Positions 55,458 to 64,000 of a DNA stretch of 64,000 nucleotides are shown here, one piece after another. A program made the position numbers and the translations under genes. Each line of letters begins with the position of its first letter. Positions within the stretch are counted from its first letter, which is position 1. Source of the DNA: Paramecium tetraurelia (Eukaryota); contig CT868318.1 of NCBI GenBank assembly GCA_000165425.1, positions 275,067 to 339,066 on the forward strand. The letters are read 5' to 3'. The notes below the pieces were generated by a model. It did not search any database. It saw only the letters and a list, made by a program, of their open reading frames with translations, and was not told the origin of the DNA.

Positions 55458-57634
55458 TCAAGAATACTAATTAATCAATTTTATGTAATATTCTGTTTAT
55501 AATTGTTATCTGATCTTTTTTCGATCTATTGAACTATTCATCTTCATTATTTATTAATCATAAGGTTATTATAATAGTATTTCAATCGCTTGCTTATTGA
55601 AGTTCAGTTATGTATTTCTAGTAAATTCTTAAGACAACCTTTAAAATTCAAGGACTGATATATTGTAAGCATTGGATTATCGAACCTTTGCTAAGATTTC
55701 TCCTTTCTATTCGAAAGGATATACTAAATCTTTAGATGATCTAAACCGTCTGAGATTGAGGATATGTTCTTTTTCAACTTTGATTAAATTATGAATAAAT
55801 CCTAATCATAATTATAATAAGACATTACGTCTTGTTAGTTCCATGATTCCCACAATCATAATAAATAGTTACTAGTTTGGAATCTTTAAATATAAATACA
55901 TTTAAGGACTGATTGTAAATGTCCAAGCTGAAATAACAAACATATTTAATATAATGAGAAAATAATAGAAATGTGGATTAATGAAAGCTAAATCACTTCT
56001 TAAGAACTTAAATTTAGAATCTGGTTATAAGAATAACCAATCATTTTTAATTTCCCAATATTATTATAGGATTGTGAATGTACCAGCCAATATTATCCAT
56101 AAAATGGCATCAGTTTTATCAAATTTATTCAAACATCCAACAATACCAACAGATACAGCAAGTAAATTCTTTAAAAAATTCCACATTTCTAAAGTGTTGT
56201 AAAATTTACCATTTTTTTTAGCCAAAGTTAAACAATGTAAACATTTTAGAGAAAATACAACTACTAAACATATGTCTCCTACTATTCGCTGTCCTGATTC
56301 ACACTCCTTATAATGTATTATCTCCTCATTATCATTGAATAACTTAATTATATAATCACGCTTACATCGTTCGAATAATAACATATTGTGTATTCTAGGT
56401 CTCTTATTGGAGAAAAAAGAGATACAAATTAATCCAGAACAAAAGTGTATCTAGCATCATAGGATAGAAAATGGGTGAACAAAGCCCCTTTTAGCATTCT
56501 ATACATCCATCGTCTACCTTGCCCATTGAATTTCTTAATTGTTGGAATCAATAAATAGCCAAAAAATATTACCCAATATAGAAGTGGAAGTATTTTTACA
56601 ATTTGTTTATAGTCTTTAAATGCTATTTCTTCGACTTAGATGCAAGTAATTAAGAATAACAGCAAATATATAGTGCTTAAGAAACTTACTCTTTTAATAA
56701 CTTCAGTTAATGTAGAGAAGTGATGGTTAAATCCTAAATAAAGTTTGTAATTAATTTAATATTTAATCCATATATATTAATCCAGAGTCAATAACCAATA
56801 ATATATTAGTAATAGCCCACCTCCTCTAATTGAAGGAAATATCGGAGAAAATAATTCTTCATTTTCAGGATCCAACATACCCTCCAATCTCATCAATAAT
56901 AAAATTGTTATAACCACCACACTAACGCCAAAAAATAGCCCAAATAAATAAATGTTTGTGGATCCAGCCTTTTTCTTTGCTGAATACTTTTCCAAATTTT
57001 TTCTGCATGTATCTGGATCATAAGGATAAAAATTGAAGCTTAACAATTAATGGGTTTTAGATTTGTCATCATCCAATTTGAGATTTAATTAATCGAGTAT
57101 TGCTCTGTCTTTTACTAAAATGTCAATCTTAAAACAGTATTGCACTTCATACTAGAGTTACTGCATAATTCTTGTGTGCAATTAAATAAATGATTGAAAT
57201 TATAACTATTACATATAAAGTTCATAGAACTATTGCTTTAAACACTCTTTCTTTCTTTTATGATATTAGTCCTATATTTGCATTAACTTTATTTACTCTT
57301 GTAATTATTGTGATTTGCATAATAAATCTTAATACTTATAAAGAATAAATGATTCTATTTTTTATAATTCCTAATCCAAAACTAATAATAATGAAGATTT
57401 GTCTTTATCTATTTTATCTTTTATTTCTAAATTTTAAACCAATTCATAATATTTCATAGGTTTGACAATCTTAAGACTATTTTTTTGATGACGAAATTCT
57501 CCTGCCACGATCATCAAATGTTCAAGGGTTTCATAATCCAAATATAATCTCAGCCATTCAGGTACCATTTCTTATCTGTATTATTCCTAATCAATCTTCT
57601 CCAAATAAGAAGGCAAGGCATCAAAGAAATTCAT
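55458..57634 (-). CDS. SPX-EXS domain protein (XPR1/SYG1/PHO1 phosphate exporter family)
   Basis: SPX start VPEWLRLYLDYETL. TM region with INYKLYLGFNHH. EXS motifs YWEIKNDWLFL and FIHNLIKVEKEHILNLRRFR. Confidence 0.88.
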
Positions 57635-59023
57635 TATTTTTGTTTTATTAAGTAAATTTTCATATAGAATTTTTATATTCTCTAATAGTTATCAAACTAA
57701 TTTCAAAATTACTCATCAATAAAATACTTCTTAAATATATATAGACGTACCAAACAATTATTTATAATACTCAATATTCTTAACACAAAGCAAATTTTCA
57801 ATAATTCTCTTGAAATAAATAATTATTAATAATTTGTATTATCAAATAAATTTCAACTGAACCCCTGTCGATATTGGATTTCAAATTATGATTCTAGCTA
57901 TAAATCTAATCAATTAATCAAATACATCTTACTAAAGAAGTCTTGATATATCTGAAAAGAAAGCGAACTTTAAAAATAAAATTAACACTATAAATATCCT
58001 TATTATAATTACTATGATATATTAAATTTTTGAATTGTGATTTTCCTCTCTAGACCCTCATCTCTTGTAAATGCAGCATGATTTTCAATTTTAGGAAGCA
58101 ATATAGTTTTTGTATAAATATGATGCTTTATCTATTTGTTAATCAGTAATGAGTGGCTAAAAATGACTCTTTAATTCTGTTTAAGACTCAAACTTAAATT
58201 TAGCAGTGGAAAAATAATTTATTTTAATTTAATATATGTCAGAATTTAATAGAAAAAAATTCTAATCACTATTTTTAGCAATAACTAATATTAGTGACAA
58301 TCTTATTATATTTCCAAAAAGCACCAGGAGTATTTGGATACGATTCCATTCTTCCTTGGACGCTTTAAGATCTAGATTAATGAATAGGATTTTAGTTAAG
58401 CATCATAATAGAAACATAATCGTTAACAATAGTATGTATTTCTTAAGTTCTTATATCAAAACTCTCTCTATACCCAAACAAATTTAAAAACTAACATTAA
58501 CAGGTCTAAATATCAAGACAACCATATCGATTTCTTCAAATTTTATACATATATTTCAATTACAGGACAATAGGAGAATTTCTATTTCAAGAAAAGTTGA
58601 AGAAAGAGAAGCAATTGATAGTCAAATATAAAGGAATCTAGTTGTTAGATGGATTCTATTGGAGATAGTAAGGGAATTGGCTATTATAACCTCCTTCCCA
58701 ATAAGGAGATGAAAAAAAGTTAGACTATTTTTTTGTTACCAATCTGTTTGTGAGAGACTAAGACTTGAAAGCCCAATAACGCACTTGATTCTACTTAGTA
58801 AATTAGGTTTATGAATGAAAATTTCTCCATTTTGATCATGTTTGTAAGAAAATTTATTTTGAAAAAAAAAAATCTAAATTGAAGTTTAATTTTCAACATT
58901 AATACAAAAAATAAGAATTTTTGAATTTTTTAAAAATTATTTAAATTCGATGTCACTTTGATTTACCTGTCACGATTCAAATCCGAAATTGAATTTCAAT
59001 TAGAACATTAATTAAAAATAAAA

Positions 59024-59731
59024 ATGAACTACTCAACTATTTTATTGATTGGATTGGTTGTCTCTATCAATGGAGCCATTACCTATAAGATTGGCTCTGA
59101 AGTATGTTCTTGTGATACATTTTCGACAAGTGCTGATTGTGGTTAGCTTGCATCGAGTTGTGAATGGGTATCAAACGAATGCCAAGATATTAATTGTACA
59201 ACTAAAACTACCATTGGAGATTGTAATAAAAATGGATGTGCATTCACAACAGCAAGCAAATGCGAAAAGAAAACATCTTGTGCTAATTACAAATACGATT
59301 CAACAACTGGTTGTAATAACATTGGATGTGATGCAGGCACTAAAGGAACTGATAATTTGTACCCTTGCAAAGATTTTGCAGCTACTACATCTTACATCAA
59401 AGATTGTGGAACCTACACAGCTGAAACAGATTGTGCAGCAGCCTCATGCAAATGGTCCACAAAATGTGTCCCTAAAACTTGTGCTGATTTAACTTAATAG
59501 ACATGCACAAATATAAGAGGTGAAGTTTACACTAATAGAACACTATGCACTTGGGATGCTACTAAGTCAGTATGTGCAGATGCTACAACTGGATTGACAA
59601 AGTCCTAATGTTTATCATACACTTTTGGAACTTATTCTTGGAATGAGGACAGTTCCGTTTGCGAAGAATGTTCATCAAGCTATGGAGAATTAATCATTAC
59701 ATCAGTGGTTCTGATTAACCTATTCTTATGA
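59024..59731 (+). CDS. Cys-rich surface protein ('mini-antigen' type)
   Basis: Intronless, 235 aa. Signal MNYSTILLIGLVVSING, CSC and CxW...C repeats, TFGTYSW...CEEC and a hydrophobic tail LIITSVVLINLFL. Confidence 0.9.
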
Positions 59732-59805
59732 AATTTCGATTTATATATGCACAATCAAATATTATTAATTTAAATTTTAATATTATATATCTTATTTATA
59801 ATTAC

Positions 59806-61683
59806 TCATTCTATTTGTAATATTTGTTGATTGCCTAATGTGTTTGCAAATGATATGACTTCTTGCACTTAATCTAAGTATTGGTTAGTAATATACTCTA
59901 AGATTCGTTCACTTGCACCTGATAAGAAATGGCAATTTTATTTAGCTCCTATTGATATCCCAGACCCATTTATATCCATAAAGAAAATCTTTACTTTTGG
60001 ATTTACTTCTGTTATATATGAATTCAAAAGATACTCAAAGCTAACGTTGTCCTTTCTAAAACATTTCTAAACAGCCATATCTGAAATTATAACAATGTTA
60101 TCACAGAAGATTTTTGGCTAATACAACAAATCCTCAATTGTTTGACCGATCATGGCATAATAATTCCCAATTTGTTTTCTTACCATGTCGCATTTTTTAA
60201 CAGATTCATATAGGTCCTCATCCGTGAAATTAACCCTTAAATAAGGTTCATTATTTTTTTATCCTCCAAAAATATAGAATTCCATATATTCGCATTTAAT
60301 TCTTAAGACCTATGATATTACAAAGGCAACTGTTTATAAGCTCTTATTTCCTAATTCATAACTCATTGATCCAGTTACATCAACAAAGATATGGGTTTTT
60401 CCAGGAATTGTGGGTATAGCATTAACAGCCATGTTAATAGCGTTTGAAATTAATTTATAAATTAAATTTGCTCTATCATTTTTCATTTAAATGAGTACTT
60501 CCAAGGTCTTATAATATTGCAACATTGTGACCTTGTTTTATTAAATTATTTAAGGATTGCTTAGGTATTATTGCAACAATGAGAATGCTTTTGGTGATAG
60601 ATAACCAGAAAGGATATTTCTAAGATTTCTAATAGTAGCTAAAAATGTAATTCTATTCTCTTTGATTAATTTATCCCACACTTTATCATTATTTTATTAA
60701 CTCAACTCCCTTTCCCAAGTGACAATCTTGGGTAGTTTCATTCTTTTCCCACATTTCTGTTATTCAAATACTCTGTCATCTTGTGGGAATAACTGTTTGA
60801 ATTCATCTTGGTTTAGAGGGTATCGACATCTCAATATACACATAACATTATATTTTGGTTGGCTTATGTGAAACATTTAAATAAGATCCTTCATGGAAAT
60901 GAATTTTCTTTCTAATGATTTAACTACTCTTTACTTTTTTGAGTATTTCAACTTTTTTTGAATTTGCTTTTATATTTACCTAGCCTTTTTCCTATCTTAT
61001 TTGATGATGACCTTCTTCTTTAACTTCTTCTCTGCTAATTACTAAAATTTTAGTTTTAAACCTCTTTTATGATACCTCTTCATAAACAAGGTTGGATCAA
61101 CTAATTCTGAAAATCTATAGATGATCCTTTTTCTCCTTCTATCTGAGCAGTATTTGGCCAATTAATGAATAGTAAATTATGGAAATTTGTTGGCTCCACA
61201 CTTTTAAAGCATTTTTGAGAAATTTAATTCTTTTCTACAATTTATACTGTAAGGGATGCATCTTTGATATCCATTTTAATATCCTTACCATTCAAGTTTC
61301 AAATAATACCGCATCAAATGTGAATATTCTGCAACTTCAATCAAATCAGTTGGTAATTTCACAATATAATTAAAATATTTCCTACAGTAAGGTTTGCAAG
61401 CATCATAACTTGTAGCAAAAGCTAGTATAAAATTTGATGTAGCTCTAACCAATAATCTATTTCTTGTGTAATAGGCTACTTGTAAGATAAATTCAGGATC
61501 TTTATCTGCAATCTAAAGAAGTGATTAAAACAATTCATCTCTTGTTCTATCTTGATCGGCATAATATTTTTTATCCTTCAAGATTTAGGAAGAAGCTATG
61601 TTGATTAATAGTTATCTTGGATCCTAAATTTGTTAACAAATTTGAGGATCATAGAATTTTTCTATAAGTTCATAAAATGACAT
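59806..61683 (-). CDS. TROVE-domain + vWA protein (Tetrahymena p80 / TEP1 N-terminal / Ro60 superfamily)
   Basis: DPEFILQVAYYTRNRLLVRATSNFILAFA, LPTDLIEVAE, FTIHQLAKYC, MKDLIQMFHISQP, TWERELS, WDKLI, ATIRNLRNIL and vWA strand IFVDVTGSM. Confidence 0.88.
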
Positions 61684-61721
61684 GACAATTATTTCAATTT
61701 TTAATAATAATTAAATTTAAA

Positions 61722-62136
61722 TCAATCTGCTCCTTGATATAAGTCTCTACCCTCTGTAATAAATATAACATAGTCACTTCCAAAGGCAGAAAGTCAATTA
61801 AGTTATTTAATAAGGCGAGTTATTGATCCTATGAATCCTTATTACCTTATTATTTAAGTCCAAGCTACTTAAATGTTATAGACTAAATTCAGTAATCTAA
61901 AATCAGCAGCTTCATTTATAATATCTGATGAATTCATGGATTAAAATAAAGATTTTTCCAGAATTTTATTTTAAATGCATTTCTAGAGTTTAGATTTTAA
62001 TAGATTTTTCAATGTATTTTTAACTTCCTAATCTGATACCTAATTATCAAGTCACCTTAACAGAATTAATTTTCTTTAAATTTAAATAATAATATGGTGT
62101 CATTAATTGGTCATTAATTTGATTAATTGATTTCAT
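61722..62136 (-). CDS. Possible small hypothetical protein (ends uncertain)
   Basis: A protein-like frame (VSDQEVKNTLKNLLKSKLQKCIQNKILEKSLFQSMNSSDIINEAADFRLLNLVYNIQ) is flanked by plausible tiny introns. The last exon is ambiguous. Confidence 0.35.
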
Positions 62137-62155
62137 TATTATTTTTTATAAATAT

Positions 62156-64000
62156 ATGATAAAGAAATAAATAAGCTCGATCTAATAGGTTGTTAAGACA
62201 GGAACTTAGATTGTGGAATATTCCTGGTTTTAGCATCATCAAGTTTTCAGTGAGCCTCCTATAAGCAACTGGAAATAGACAATAATGGATAATTTTGAAT
62301 GGTTCCTCATTCTTATGGTTCTGGTCTATTGTGTGACATTCATCTTCATGTACAAGAATTTTAGTTAAAAATCTCATAAAATAATTGTGAACGTCAGAAA
62401 AGAGAGTGCAACAAGTGATGAATTGCAAAAGTAATACGTGTATACTAAAGATGTAGTTCGGTTCGTCTAGGCACTGAGCAAAATGAAAAACAAAAAAAAG
62501 ACTAAACTTCTAGTACGGAATCATCACCTAGAAATATTTAAAATAAACCTAAAAATAATACACTTGTGTTGACTGATCAAGCTTTTAATTTAAAAGGGAA
62601 TAAAGTGTCTGAATCAAGAGAAAAAATCATCTCGTGGGAAAGACATTAAGAGGAGAATATGATAACTTAGATAGAAACAAAGAAAGTGCGAATTAAAGCA
62701 AGTGATGACCATTTACAATTTGTGACTTCCCAGTTTGGAGATTTGAATTAGAAAAATGCTAAAGGTGTACACATGATAGAATAGGATAATGGAGATGGAA
62801 AGGCAGAGAGAATTATTCACATTCTTACAGATTGGAGCAGATATTGTGAAACTGGAAAGTTCCAGAAATTGTACACTCTTCCTAAACTTATTGGCAAAGG
62901 GGCGTTTGGAGAAGTCTACAAATCTCAAAAAATCATTGATCTCAAAGAATATGCAGTCAAAAGAATCTATTTTAAAGTCTAAAATGAAAAAACCTTAAGA
63001 GATCATCCAATTTTTAGAGAAATTGGATCACTCTAAGAAATTAATCACAAAAATGTAGTTAGATATTATACTAGTTGGATTGAAGAGTTAACTAAAGACA
63101 ATTTAGCAGACATTGCTAAATTACATAAAATTGTAGATGATCAAAAATAGGCCAAATTAAATGAGGTATAGAATTCATATTAACCTCAATTGATGGATGA
63201 CATGTCTTCTATAAATAATTATGTTTAATTTATTGGAGGAAATGATGCAGATAATGAATAATAAATCTAGACTATTTCAAAACAATCCAAAAATTTGGTT
63301 AGTTTTCATTTATCAGATTGCAGCAGTCATATTCAATCTCAAATGCGCAGATATCACTTTAATCCAAATTAAAAAGATGAATAATACTAATTGTTTACCT
63401 TATACATTGAAGTAATTGCTAATCTTAATAAAATTAGATGGAATTGTGTGATTATACATTGAGAGATTTCATTGATAAGGTTGATAGAAAAAAAGATTAT
63501 CCTCTTATTAAATCCATATTTATCTAAATACTGGAAGGAATCATATATATGCATACTAACCAATATATTCATCGAGATTTAAAGTAACTTATTTAATCTA
63601 AACATTAGACCACAGAATATATTTATTAATTCGAAGAATGAAGTCAAAATTGGAGATCTTGGACTTTGCAATTCTTTAATTATTAAAATGGATGACGAGT
63701 TCACTTCTAGTTCTGGTGAATACACGAACAATGTTGGAACTCCTTTGTATATGGCTCCGGAAGTCAAAGACGATCTTTACGGTTCAGCAGCTGATATATA
63801 CCCTTTAGGAATAATATTATTTGAGATGTTGTGGGAGATAAAGACTCACTATGAGAAAAATAGGTAAACATTTATAATTTAATTTAGATTGATACAATCT
63901 CTTACCAAAGATTCTATTTTACCTCCTGATTTATTTAAGAATCATCCTGTTGAAGCAGAATTGATTCTTAAGATGGTTAGTAAGAATCCAAACAAACGGC
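62156..64000 (+). CDS. eIF2-alpha kinase (PEK family) with an N-terminal transmembrane segment, 3'-partial
   Basis: GKGAFGEVY, YAVKRI, HKNVVRYYTSWIEE, a long kinase insert, LYIEMELC, IHRDLK, KIGDLGL and VGTPLYMAPE. Hydrophobic WFLILMVLVYCVTFIFMY at 62300-62353. Confidence 0.9.

Noticed and set aside
58260..58800. Coding-like fragments upstream of the third mini-antigen
   Set aside because: Frames are broken and no family is recognisable. Probably pseudogene debris.
61770..62050. Minus-strand frame with several TGAs (including TGA-AGC-TGC-TGA) suggesting a selenoprotein
   Set aside because: A tiny intron moves translation into a different, TGA-free and more protein-like frame, and I saw no SECIS.
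1..64000. Short ORFs in the supplied track as separate genes, or TAA/TAG as pseudogene stops
   Set aside because: TAA/TAG encode Gln here. The track entries are fragments, off-frame or antisense shadows of longer code-6 genes.

Overview
This is AT-rich eukaryotic DNA from a ciliate macronuclear chromosome, very probably a Paramecium (aurelia-type). TAA/TAG encode Gln (e.g. the conserved dynein ELLRQ uses TAA at 751-753), TGA is the only stop, and introns are 21-32 nt GT-AG. Intergenic gaps fall to about 40-90 bp, and a trichocyst matrix protein gene is present. The supplied ORF track treats TAA/TAG as stops, so it is fragmented and partly spurious; I re-translated by eye with code 6. Genes found: the 3' part of an axonemal dynein heavy chain (4 reading-frame lesions), a small 2-TM protein, a degenerate mitochondrial carrier, a T2-like TMP, Rab, UAP56, a TPR gene with 102-nt exons, three Cys-rich GPI-type mini-antigens, three single-repeat Myb genes, AGC, CDK-like and eIF2alpha kinases, a ~2900-aa anoctamin with a pseudokinase-like region, CFAP58, a PAS multi-TM protein, an SPX-EXS protein and a TROVE/vWA protein. 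Several pseudogenes are also present (AOX, RPLP2 and a large unknown gene). I recognised no rRNA, tRNA, CRISPR array or transposon, and I see no multi-gene novel system. The best leads are single-protein oddities: the anoctamin fusion, the SPX domain lacking its ligand lysines, the TPR exon periodicity and the stand-alone TROVE protein. All family calls rest on motif recall, not database searches.
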